Assembly (NCBI GenBank): GCA_002633005.1
Contig: NMRA01000074.1
Coordinates: forward strand, 835,097-899,096
Source of the DNA: Phoronis australis
Lineage: Eukaryota > Animalia > Phoronida
DNA length: 64,000 nt
Reading direction: 5' to 3'
This document shows, one piece after another, positions 52,221 through 64,000 of the stretch. The notes under the pieces are model-generated. The model had not been told where the DNA came from, did no database searches, and saw only the letters and a list, made by a program, of their open reading frames with translations. Both the position numbers and the translations under genes were made by a program. The first letter of the stretch is position 1. Each line of letters begins with the position of its first letter.

Positions 52221-53268
52221 ACTACATCAGTGCTCTATTCAGTAGGAATGTTTAAGATATTAGTCATTCCATGTATCTGCGCTATGTGTGATGCACACTG
52301 TGAGCGCATATCACCACTCCATGTTGCCCTTGTTTTTAATACCATCCTCCTGTATTGGAAGTCCATCGTACACACAGGCCTATAGGTTGATAAAGTAATT
52401 TTGGATGGCCTTGGCAAGGTTTTCTGCAGTACAGCTTGTTGCCAAAGTTTTCTCAAATTCAAGACAAATTTTAGATCCCTAATTTGATGAACTCAAAACG
52501 TAATCAGTTATCAGGAAGTAAAACTCTTTCGAATGCCATTTAAAGGTGATGTGGTTTTAACAATTGGACACCCAACTGTGTTGATTTCTGTTACTGAAAA
52601 ACATCTTGATGGTTATTTGCTCAAAATTTCATATTTAAAATTTAAATTTGTTAATTTGGTCCGAGTTGTTTGTCACCCCGTCAAGCTTTATCAGTCCTCA
52701 CCATCTCAAAGTGTTACCATAGATCAGTCTGGCGTAGGTGAGAAATTGGAGCCTAAGGGCATTGATTTGATGACATACCGCATTCCTATTTTTCTAGAGT
52801 AAAACTGCACCTGTCCAATTCTTACAGAAATGTGTGCAAAGGTGTAACTAAAGAAATTTTATAAATATGAAAAATGGCACAAAATTTCCGAAATAAAAAT
52901 CATTGATGTTACATGGCATTGCAAAGTCTAGAGGGGCAGACATACCAATGCTGGGTGTAGGCTGGAAGCTTGTCTGTAAATTATGCTTCAGTCTGGATTA
53001 AATATCAAAGTCATGTAGTGATAGGCATCTAGAAGAACTCCTATCATTTCGGTCGATGTCATTGAATTCTTATAACTTGAACAAATTACAGTATCCTACT
53101 CAGAAGAAATCAGTAATGAACCCTTGAAACTTTCAATGTCCACTGGAAACGGACAGAGGGTTGAAGGTAGGGCAGAAATATGTCCTCAACCCACAAGTGG
53201 CTGCTTGCGAGATGTTGAACTTACTACTCCCTGTTGTGTACAACCTTGATCACACTGATGGCTTTGCC

Positions 53269-53586
53269 TGGCTCAACTATACAATCATGCAGGGATTTTC
53301 CTGACCAGGTTTGAACCTGTGCCCTTTGGGCGCACCTGATGATAAAAAGTGTGCCTTATTTCAAAAAGTTGTGTCCAGCAGTGGTAACATATGAATCAGA
53401 AACTCTAAGGACAATCGAAATAAGAACAGAGTAATTTGTGTTTTGACTGACTGGCTGTAAGTTGACTAGAATCTTGCATTTTTGGATTTACTTAAATGTT
53501 TCAAAACATGTGTCCGGGGGGCGCATAGCTGCTATTTATTTTTTCATGTGCTAATGGCGCAAAGGCGCAGTCCAGGAATATCTCTT
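53269..53586. mobile_element. hAT-like MITE
   Basis: cagggattttcctg...ctgtgccctttgggcgc pairs with gcgcaaaggcgcag...caggaatatctct. Confidence 0.5.
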
Positions 53587-53878
53587 ATCGTGCACATTAT
53601 ACGCATGGTTCATTCCACTTCTGTCTCATCAATATATCACCCTTTCAGTACAAATAGTATGTTTGCCCCACAGGTGTCTCCTTGTAAACTTGCAACTAAT
53701 AACAAGTGCCTGATTTGCGTTAATATGTTCAGAAATATAAGCCAACTTAGTGTCTACAAGGAACGAGTATATTCAAAACTAATCAAATGTTTTTCACTTC
53801 TGAACAACTACAGTGTGACATGGGGCCACTAACAATCTATGATAATTTTCATGACAACTTTTGAAATTTGATTTCTAG

Positions 53879-53980
53879 GTATGTGCGTTATCATCAACAA
53901 TGAGAATTTCGAAGGGTTCGCTGACCCGACATCTATAGACAGTAATTTGAAGGACCGCCGTGGAACAGATGTGGATGCTG
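53879..53980 (+). CDS. CASP8: Caspase-8-like, p20 exon
   Basis: GMCVIINNENFEGFADPTSIDSNLKDRRGTDVDA has the caspase IINN and RxGTxxD motifs. Splice sites ttctag and gtaagg. Confidence 0.95.
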
Positions 53981-54593
53981 GTAAGGTGCTACTGGCAACT
54001 ACTTTGTGTAAAAGATTTAATTTGTATTTTTGCGTTCACATTTAAGTCATGTAGTACCTTATTGACAATTAAGCCTGACAGTGTGAGTTTTGTCAGATAT
54101 ATTACTGTCAGTTTTAACTAGTATATGTTTTCTGAAACTAGGAGTCCTGTAGGATTTATAACTGTATCATATCTTTTGGTAAAACTTATCAATTAAAACC
54201 AAACAAGGTACATTTCATAGCAAGACAATGGTATCACTAATTGACTACTGAAGTACTGTACGTTATGAAATCTCAAAAAATGCTATCAGTTTCTTAGGTA
54301 ACTTATTGACTTTTTTGATAAAAATCATAAAAGCTCAATTTTCGACAGCCATTCATGTACGGTAGCAGTGTAATATCCCATTTCCCATCACGACAGTTGG
54401 TGATGTGTAGTAAGTGTCCATGTGATTCATCTTGCTAGCTACACTGGCTGTTACATTGTAATTACCCTCTGATGTGTTTCTCATGATAGAGAATTGTTCG
54501 TCTTTTTCTCCTGTTAAGTGTGGCATGTAATGTACAGTTGAGTAGAACAATGCTAACACTGTCTCACTGTGTTGGCGGGAGGTACCAGTTTTA

Positions 54594-56363
54594 AATTATG
54601 TGCCCACATATCTATATGTGGACGCTTTATGCCGTCATCTCCATCTGTCCGGCGTCCCGGCGTCCGCTGCTCTATCTTCAAAACGCCTTAACGTATAATC
54701 ATGAAATTTGGCACATGTTTTCCTTCCATGGATGGGATGGCATGAGTGAACATTCGGACCGATCCGACTACCAGTGTGCCCCCCTAATGGCAATTTTAGT
54801 TTTTTACGTTACCTCTGTATCTTCAAAAGTCCTGAACGGATTTTCATAAAATATGGTGTATAGGCACCTATTAAACAGGTGACGTTATCCTGACCTCTCG
54901 TTTTTTGGGTGGAATCGATGTAGTTTGCACCACCTAGTGGCCATTTTTATGCGCCCACATATTTATATGTGGACGCATTATGCCGTCATCTCTGTCCGTC
55001 CGTCCGTCCGTCCTGGCGGCGTCCGTCCGGCGTCCGCTGCTCTATCTCCAAAACCCTTTGACATACGTTCATGAAATTTGGCACATATATTACATTTATG
55101 GATGGGACGGCATGTGCGAACTTTCGGACGGATCCGACTACCGGTGTGCCCCCTAGTGGCAATTTTATTTTTTTTACGCTTACCTTTGTATCTTCAAAAG
55201 TTTTGAACGGATTTTCATGAAATTTGGTATGTAGGCACCTAGTAGTGAAATGACGCTTTCCTGCCGTTTTCAGATGGATTCGACATAGTTTGCGCCACCT
55301 AGTGGCCATTTTTAGTGTTTTCGAGTCTGTTTTTGTGCGTCCACCCCTCTATCAACCAAACCGCTCAAAGGATGATTGTGAAAATTGGCATGTATATGCT
55401 TACTATGTAGAGGATGGTTGACGATGATTTTCCGACGATTTCGACTACTGTGGCGCCTCCTAGTGGCAGTTTTGTTTTTTTNCATTTTCAGATGGATTCG
55501 ACCTAGAATGCGCCTCCTAGTGGCCATTTTTACTGTTTTTGTCTATCAACCAAACCGCTTTCAGGATAATTGTGAAAATTTTCTGTTTTTACTATAAAGT
55601 GGATGGCTGACGATGATTTTCCGAGGAGTTCAACTACTGTGGCGCCTCCTAGTGGCAGTTTTTTTTGCGCTCATGGCTGTATCTCTCCCAAACCGTTTGC
55701 AGGATCTCTACTTAATTTAGCCAGTGTATTTAATATGATATGTTGGAAACGGACGACGATGACTTTCGGACAGATCTGACTTCTGGTGTGCCCCCTGGTG
55801 GCAATTTTATTTTTTTTGTTTACTAGTCTGTATCTTCAAAGGTCCTCAACAGATTTTCATAAAATTTTGGTGAGATGATGCTGTTTTCAAATCTTGTTTT
55901 TGACGTCCATCCCTCGATCAACCAAATCATTCTAGGGATGGTTTTGCGTATATGTTTTCAGTGTGGGGAGGACGTTTGGTGATAGCGACTGACTAATGTG
56001 GTGCTTCCTAGTGGTAGTTCTGTTTTGTTTCGCGCCCATAGCTGTATCTCCAAACCCACTGCAGGATCTTTATTTAATAAAAGTTAGTAAGTTAATTTTT
56101 ATGAAGATAACAGATCACGACTTTCAGGCGGATCGAACGGACGCTGTGCCCACAAGTGGCAATTTCATTTTATTCTGTTTTCCTTTGTTTCTCTGAAGTT
56201 CCTTGACAGATTTTTATGAAATATGGCATGTTCTCGTTTTTAGATGGATTGTACATTTTGCGCCATCTAGTGGCCATTTTTTATGATATAAATAAATAAC
56301 CCTTAATGCACACCATTTGTGATTCATTCGTGGGCGCATTTCAACGCTCTGCGTTGCTCTTGT
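54594..56363 (+). mobile_element. DINE-1/HINE-like element with two heads in tandem (54594 and 54946); best-preserved copy
   Basis: 5' sub-TIR atgcgcccac with hairpin, (GTCC)n microsatellite at about 54993-55040, central repeats, 3' sub-TIR gtgggcgcat, stem-loop caacgctctgcgttg and cttgttt end. Confidence 0.88.
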
Positions 56364-56473
56364 TTTGAATTCTGTTTGTCGTTAGCAGAAACCCTCATTC
56401 ATGCTATCAATGCTGCATTGGAATGTTTTTATTAATTTCCATTTCTTTCTCAAAGGGCATTCTCTAATTTCAG

Positions 56474-56776
56474 CAAAACTTCAAGACACATTTACTGCTC
56501 TCCATTTCAACGTCGTACTCTACAGGAATTTAACGCATTTGGAAATGGTGCAACTGTTGATGCACTTTGCCATGAACATAGACCACAAAGACTTTGACTG
56601 TTTCGTCTGCTGTATACTGACCCACGGGCAAATTGGTCAAGTTTTTGGGGTGGATGGACTTCCTGTTAAAATCACAGACTTGACCGGCTGCTTCAGGCCT
56701 ATAGCTTGCCCGAGTTTGAAAGGCAAACCTAAGCTCTTCTTCGTGCAAGCTTGTCAAGGAGAAGACCGGCAAAGGA
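56474..56776 (+). CDS. CASP8: Caspase-8-like, catalytic exon
   Basis: AKLQDTFTALHF...DCFVCCILTHG...CPSLKGKPKLFFVQACQG contains the catalytic His and the QACQG pentapeptide of caspase-8/10. Confidence 0.97.
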
Positions 56777-57059
56777 GTATGTTTCGATTTTTTTGTTTGA
56801 CAGCCTATAGTAGTTAGTATTACTTTTATGTGCCGATAAAAAGTTATGGTACCTTCTTCGCAATTATAGTTAACAACCTGTCTGTCCATTCTTTCCTTTT
56901 CATGTCTGACAAACTTCTCAAAAACCATGTAATTGTGGGAATGCACCACCTCCATTCAATTTTCAAACAGATTTTAGTACCGATACACCCTCTGCTAGCT
57001 GTCTTATCACCAAATTCAGTTCAGTATTTGGTGAAATAACAATGCATTTTGTCAGTGCC

Positions 57060-58170
57060 TTGACAGAGAGGTATATGGTGGCAGTGGGCTGGCATCAGTT
57101 GAGTTTGGGGTGGATTTCATGACGGTGTTACCCCTATTGGTCATTTGTTTACAACAAGAAATTCCTTTCCCATTCCGTTTTTTGGCAAAAAGGCTTGGCG
57201 AATTTTTACGAAACTGTAAACAGTGGAATGTGGTGAGAGTGTGGTTGCACCTGATTAATTCAAATACATGACTGTATTCTGTGCCACTAAGTGGCCACTT
57301 TATTTTTTCGTCAGCTCTTTTTTTGGTGTCAGCCCATGTGAAGTGCCCAACAGATCATTAAGAAATTGAAAGATATTTTCCTACTTACAACAGCATGACT
57401 TACATTCCCTGGATGGGTCTGTCTACTATGGTGCCCCCTAGTGGCATTTTTTGCATCTTTGCATTCTAAAGCTTAGGCTAAACCTCTTGCAAGAACTTTG
57501 TGAGATATGGGTGAGGCAGCAGATGAAAACTATTCGCACGAATCCGACTGGTTGTGACAATTATAATTTTATGTTTGCCACTTAAGCTTCGCAACTCTTG
57601 GGAGGATTTTCGTGAAATTTCGGAAACTGGTTCTGTGAGGAAGACGGCTTGGCCTTTTAGGCATTTTTCACATATTTTGTGCAGCCTAGTTGCCATTGCA
57701 GTCGTGGAGCCATATCAATGCTTGTTAAAGTTTTTGCCTCTGCATCTTCACAGTTCCTTGATGTACATGTACAGCCTTTCCATTTTCTGACAGATTCTGT
57801 GTATTCTGCGCCACCCAGTGGCCCCTTTTGACCAATTTTTACATATGCCATCTCGTTAATCCCTTGTAGGATCTTTTGGAAAATGTATTCCTAATATGAA
57901 CATGGCAACATATGATGTCTCTCTACAGACAGACACAACTACCACGTTGCCCCTATTGGACATTTTATTTTTTTACATTTGTCTCAGCCTGTATGTCCAG
58001 GTGGATTTTCATGAAATTTAATACTATGTTTCTATTAGAGAGGTGATGAGGCTTTCACATTTTCTTAGGGTTTCAACATATGTTGCACCATCTACTGGTC
58101 ATTTTATTGCATCCTCATAAATTTGATTGTTGGTTCAATCGTGGTGCATTCTTTACATTGTTTTTGTTAT
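57060..58170 (+). mobile_element. Diverged HINE-family repeats
   Basis: Cores gtgccactaagtggcca, gtgccccctagtggca, gcgccacccagtggcc and gcaccatctactggtc. Confidence 0.6.
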
Positions 58171-59240
58171 AAAAACGTTAGCTTGTGCTTAATATATTAT
58201 CACAGACAATACATGAGAGTAATAGTTTTTAACTGGTAAACACACTTTATATTTTGTTTTTCTCTTTTAGTAACATTCGTGTTCAGTATTTTGGTTTACA
58301 AGCAATATCTTAATGATTGGTACATTTTAATCATTGTTAATATCCTTCTATTACATGGTGGAGGTTAGTGCAATGTCTCCAGTTTAATTTGTGTGTATCG
58401 TCTTGCGAGTATGATTATCCATCTTTAATTGCTAGATTCTAGACTTGGAAATTGGTCACTCACATGGTACACTAAGAGTTCACTCGCGTCTGTCAAATTC
58501 CACAGGACATAGTATCTTTATTGTTTAGTCGAGTCTTTGGTAAGATTTGAGGAACTCAAGTGCCGATGTTTAGACGAGATACAGCTAATTTTCCTGACAG
58601 CTCTGATGTTGGTGAATTTTTGTGCTGAAATGAAAGTTCCAATTACCCCTACCCATAGAATGTCAAGTGTTGTTGCAGTATATGCATCATTCAAAGGGGT
58701 TATAAAACTTGCCATGCCAGCATTCTTACACTCTGGGCAAAGTTAGGAACTAACTTCATCTAAAGTTCATAATAATTTGAAAAATCTTCTTCACATAAGA
58801 GTATGTGGCACTGGCAAGTCCTTTAACGGGCAGACAACACGGACGAAGTTTGACATTGCTGGGGTATCATTGGGGTTTAAAGGCATGACATAAAAGGGGG
58901 GGAAAGGCATGATTTTGTGTTTCAGCGTACTTGTTGCTTTGTTTGGTGTCCATGCAGTTATAGTGAATTTCCATATTTCCCAATTCTGTCATATTGATTC
59001 TATTGAACTCTGTCTCATCTGTTTCAAATTATGGCACAAACTTGGAAGGAAAATGGATAAAAATGGGAATTAATCATGAGTAAATTATTCATATTTTTTG
59101 GTTTGAAATTTCACCGATATTCCATGAGAAGAATTGTTGTCAACTGTTTATGGCAACTACTAGTAATTTCTTCACATAAGATGATAATTTTATTCTGACT
59201 TTTTGACGTATTTAATCTCACCGCTGTTTATCTACTGTAG

Positions 59241-59427
59241 TTGTTCCATTGGATATTGAAACTGACGAGCCCGCTGCTCCTTTAGAAGTACCGCAAACAA
59301 TACCTAACGAGGCTGACTTCCTCATTGGTTACGCAACAGTTCCAGGATTTGTGTCATACAGAAGTCAGTCAAGAGGATCGTGGTACATCTCCGCACTCAC
59401 TGAGCATCTGAACACTTTTGCCCGAAG
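59241..59427 (+). CDS. CASP8: Caspase-8-like, intersubunit linker and p10 exon
   Basis: [56 protein letters not shown]. Splice sites ctgtag and gtgagg. The final exon was not found in the window. Confidence 0.96.
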
Positions 59428-60097
59428 GTGAGGTTGACACACTTTAAAACAGTATTCATACTGACAATAACCGTTGGCATGCCGTTACCTTGGCACATCA
59501 TGCAATATAGCTATTGCTGCAACACAGGTTAAATGGTCAAGTGTCCTGCCTTCTTACTGGTATTCTACCCATGGGCTCACTTTCATGGTACAAATTAGCA
59601 GTTAGATGCAGCTGCAACGGCTACTGTTAACAACTAAAATGTTCACTGCAGTGTTGGTATATGGCAAGAAAGTTTTCATGATTTTATTTCATTGAGTTTG
59701 ATGGAGTACCAGATGTACCTGTTGATTTTCGTAAAAGCATAAAAGTGTGTATTAGCCAATGGATTTTTTGTGACCAAATGCCAAATCCAAATATAGACCT
59801 GAGTGCACATTCACCAGATGGTGTTTCCATCACCCAACGCTAATTCTAGATGCTCTATAATATAATCCAAAAATCCTGTCGAATTTAATGCTTTTATAGA
59901 CAGCACTAAAAAAATCTATGGAATTTGGAATGAGGAGGCATGTTGTCAACATAGGTTTGATCTTACATTATCAAGTTGGAAAATTTAATTATGGTTTTGG
60001 TCTCCAGTTCTCATGAGGTCTTAGGGTTCGACCATGCATAATTTTTCCAAGGGCACCGTACGGTCATATTTTTTTTTAACATGCTGCCTGCCGAGCC

Positions 60098-60740
60098 TAT
60101 TTATGCTTCCACATATTTGTATTTGTCACTGCTGTCCGTCTGTTGTTCTGTTCGCCTTTCCAGCATCCATCCGGCTTACATCCCCTGTCCAGCATCTGCT
60201 GCTAAATCTCAAAAATCCCTGGATGTACATGTATGTTCATGAAAATTTGCAGGCTGGTGACGCCTTTTATGGACTGATGTAATGGCATGATTGAACTTTT
60301 TGACGGATCCGACTAATGCCGCACCACTTAGTAGCAATTTTGGCTTTTTACGTTTGCCTCCTGATGGAAGCAAATCCATGGCTCTTAAGGAGACGACACA
60401 CATTCCAATTTTCGTATGGCTTTGACATGTTTTGCTCCACACAGTGGTCATGTGTACTGTGTTTGAGTTTTTTGGCACCGGCGCTGTGTCAGTGAAACCA
60501 CTTGGATAACTAATTTGAAAATGAAACGGACTACTGATGTGCCTCCTAGTGGCAGTTTTTTGTTGTTCTCTATATCTTTGAAACTTGTTGGCAGATTTTT
60601 ATTTAATTTTAAATGGATAGGTTTCTATTTAGGAGCCAACAACGCCTTATCATTTTGGGGTGGATTTTACATATTCTGTGCCACTTGGTTACCATTTGAA
60701 ATATTTTTGTACATTTTTGACATCACCCTCTCCGTCCACC
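60098..60740 (+). mobile_element. Diverged HINE-family copy
   Basis: Head tttatgcttccacatatttgtat, ctgtccgtctg microsatellite, gacggatccgacta and gtgcctcctagtggca. Confidence 0.6.
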
Positions 60741-61172
60741 AATTAACTGCTTTAAGCACCTGTTTAATGTCTCAAGTCCTGCTTACGGCCACATTACAAG
60801 TAATGCAACAGTTGTGTTTTTGTTTCAGCCTCCGGTTTGATTTACAGGTCTGGAGTGAGTGTAGTGTGCCTGAGCATTAATTTGCTTATTTCAACTGTTG
60901 CATTTTCTCATTTAGTTTTGAAAATTAATTCTAATTAGCTTATGCCAACCACAACGTTCTGTTTTTTATCAAAATGGCTCACATTTTCCAAAGGTACACT
61001 GCATATCCATAAATAGTTCCATTGAAGAACAGCACTGTGGCATGGGAGACAGATGGTGTAATCACCCTGGGTCCAGTTCACAGTTGCGTAAACAAACTAA
61101 CTGACCTAACTCTGTGAAGTGAATTCAGAGCTTGAGTGAAATGAAGGATCATTATTGAAATTTGGAGACCAG

Positions 61173-61419
61173 AGGCCGTTCCAAGAAAACTGACTTAGCT
61201 AAGACAAATCTTAAATTTCAGTCAAACTTAAAATAAAACTTAAGTTTGTCTCAGGTCCTTTTCAAGAAAGATATCTGAACTTTGACTTAAGTTTTTGGCT
61301 TAATTTTTACCTTAATTTTGACTGATTAAACCGGGTATAGAAGTTTCAAAGTTTGGAGGTTGAGACAAATCTTAGACTTAAGTCAAAATGAACTTACGTC
61401 AGTTTCTTGGAACGGGCCC
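61173..61419. mobile_element. PIF/Harbinger-like MITE
   Basis: TIRs ggccgttccaagaaaactgac and gtcagtttcttggaacgggcc, flanked by cag and ctg (CWG). Internal cttaa-rich subrepeats. Confidence 0.7.
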
Positions 61420-61479
61420 CTGAGCAGAAGACTTAGGATGACGTTAACTTTCGAATTTGTTCATTACAACTGCTGAGCA

Positions 61480-62265
61480 TAGTGGCAATTTGGTTTTTGT
61501 GTCCACGGATGAATCTCTTTTCCTCTTCGCAAGGTCTTTCTGAAATTTAGCAGATGTTTTCCTATGGAGATGGCAACAGGTGGCACCAGTGTCTGACCAA
61601 TCCTACTACAGCTGTGACAATTTTATTTAATGTTTGCCTCTGTAGCTTCAATGTTCCTTGATGGTTTTTCATAAAATTTTGCAAACAAGTTTCTATTATG
61701 AAGATTACGGCAGCTTTGCTTTTTGTGTTGGATTCGTGATATTATGCACCAACTTGTGGTCATTTTAATATTTTTAGTTTTTTTCGTTAGCTTCAGAACA
61801 GTATATCTCAAACTGCGCAGAGGAACATGGAAATTGGCAGATGTGTTTCTTCTGACAAGAGCATGACTGACATGGATTTTCAAACGGGTTCAACTACTGT
61901 GGTGCCCCCTAGTGAATTTTTTCACTTACATGGCATTATCTCCTAAACCCCTTGCAAGATGTTTTTGAAATTTTGCAATTTTTTTTGTATTAATTTTTCA
62001 CTTGGGAGCAGTTGGATGGATTCGATAACTGCTGTGGTTTCTAATGGCAAGTTTTTCTTTGTTTCTTTGGAGTTCTCCGATGAAATTTTCTCAAATTCAG
62101 CAAATAAATTTGAGAGACGACAATGCCTTCCCATGTTTGGATGGGTTAAAGGTATTCTGAGTCATTTAATTGCTATTTTATGATACTATTAAAAATGCGT
62201 AGACGCATACCGTTTGCAATGCAGTTGTAAGCACGTTTCGACTCTATACGTACTTTGCTTTTGTT
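61480..62265 (+). mobile_element. Diverged HINE-family copy (3' part)
   Basis: caactactgtggtgccccctagtg core and a degenerate tail acgcataccgtttgcaatgca...ttgctttttgtt. Confidence 0.55.
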
Positions 62266-64000
62266 ATGAAATGTGGCAAGTACGTTTCTGTTAAAGAGGC
62301 AACAACTTGTTCCAGTTTTTCTCATAGACCTGACTTAATGCACGCCTCCTAGTGACCACTCTTATTATAGTTAGTCTGTTTATGACATATTTCGCTCTAT
62401 CCAGCACCCTAGAAATTGATACTGGGAGGGGTATGACTGACCATTATTTTTTGACAGTTTTAACTAGTGTAACACCCTTGTGATCAGTCTTGACTGTGGA
62501 TGATTACCACAGTACTTTGCCTTGCTTTTTTACCATCTTCGCAATTGTGCTTATTTAGGTCTGGAGACTATTGCAGGTTAACTGTCATGCAACCCTTATA
62601 GACTATTTTAAGTTCACTAGCATTGCTCCCTGTAGTGTGAATGTTTGAAATGGTAGTTCCTTGTTATCTTCAATATATGCCACGCTCACAATGGGTACCT
62701 GTCAAGGCTCTGCATTCCTGTTTTGTTTGTGGAAACCTCTGGCTGAAATTAGATGGGAAATTGACATTAAACCAACTATCCTACTGATCGTACTGTTGTT
62801 TTTAATATGCATATTGTATGAGTACATGATAATTGCACAAACCTGTTGGTCAACTGTAACAATATTTCCAACATTTAGCATAACAAGCAAAACTCATTAA
62901 TATATTTTGTGGGTTAAGTTTGGTAGCAATTAAGAAGAAATTGTCTTGGGTTTCAGTTAAATTGCAGCTACAGCAAAGACAATGTATATACACGATGGTA
63001 TCATTTGTGGACATACTACCAGTTACCAAGTCTTTATGTAATCTACATTGTATATGCTAACATGAAGCTAAATGTTGCCACATAGTGCTGTCATCTCATT
63101 CTACTCGGTGGGTTCCACGCAGACTGAAATGCACAACTGTATCCCATTAAATTGGCATAGAATGTAAAAAACTAATCCGCATTTAGTCAAAGTTGTTATC
63201 TGTGACTGAAACAGAAGTCAAACTGTTCATCAGGTATTTTGAGGGTTTGGTAAAGATTTTGAATTTCTGTCGATGTCGAAGCATTTTCCTTTAGTTTTGA
63301 ATTTCATCATAAAAACAATCTGTAAACTGCTTGTCACTTCATCTATTTTACTTCCACGAAGCAAAGCATGTCTCCTTATTTGGTATGACAAACAAAGATG
63401 TATCACATTTCCCTGATATGAAAAATGTGACCTTTGACTTCTATGCACTTGGGAAATATTTACTGGGTAATTCTTTGAGGGGCATGCGCGCAAGTATATT
63501 TATTAGGGGCAGATAATTTGAATGCTGTAGTGGGATGAAAGAGTTCCTATTATGGCAGCTGTGTTTCAAAGATGGTGAATCTGAAGAAATTTTCTAGAAA
63601 TTCTTGCAATATTGAAAGTGAATAACTCTCATGTTTATAGTTCTATGTATACCACTTTCAACTATGTACTGTCTACAATCCAGACATGATGCTTCCCGAT
63701 TTTTGGGTTTGTCATCATTTTCCTTGTACGTTGAATTCTGTGTATTCTTCAACAAATGAATATCACCTAAAAATAACTGTCATGCAAGCATCCCAAAGAA
63801 GTACATTTGCCACAATCTGTTTAAAGAGTATTTTTATGAATTTTCGCATTCCACGGCTTTTTTACTTAGGCCTTATATATTATTCATATAATTTCGCTAC
63901 TTCTTGCTTACTTGAATTATTGGCTGATCTGCATTTTTGGGCAGAGTCGACTACCTCTGTGTCTCCAATCACTATTTTAATGACTATAAATCACCAGTTG

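Noticed and set aside
54986-55597. Recurrent short ORFs with MATRW/TATRRR motifs
   Set aside because: Translations of the ccactag-ggcgc repeat core with frequent frame breaks among copies, so not coding.

Overview
This is AT-rich, intron-containing genomic DNA from a metazoan, most likely a marine invertebrate. It is not prokaryotic, and most entries in the ORF track are spurious. I read four genes by hand from phase-consistent GT-AG exons. (1) A minus-strand secreted or membrane protein with two tandem SRCR domains at about 3.2-8.2 kb; both ends are uncertain. (2) A small plus-strand Cys-rich, basic-tailed protein of unknown family at about 14.0-16.3 kb. (3) A minus-strand PPIG/NKTR-type cyclophilin with a long RS/SP tail (18757-35761, 13 coding exons). 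(4) Head-to-head with it, a plus-strand caspase-8-like gene from 41.4 kb whose last exon was not found and probably lies past the window end. It has 2 DEDs, a long low-complexity linker, a coiled coil, THG/QACQG and an IETD site. The introns carry a DINE-1/HINE (non-autonomous Helentron)-like repeat family and several MITEs. The most notable observation is that this repeat's internal ~445-bp unit has three ~145-160-bp subunits, each with a CTCF-consensus-like core (CCACTAGRNGGCGC). All copies I found are co-oriented with their host gene, so the motifs converge on the shared PPIG/caspase-8 promoter. The caspase linker also contains a candidate RHIM-like VQVGD motif. There is an N gap at 48493-49159 and a probable haplotype false duplication at 26.4-28.4 kb. 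All coordinates were read manually and repeat boundaries are approximate.
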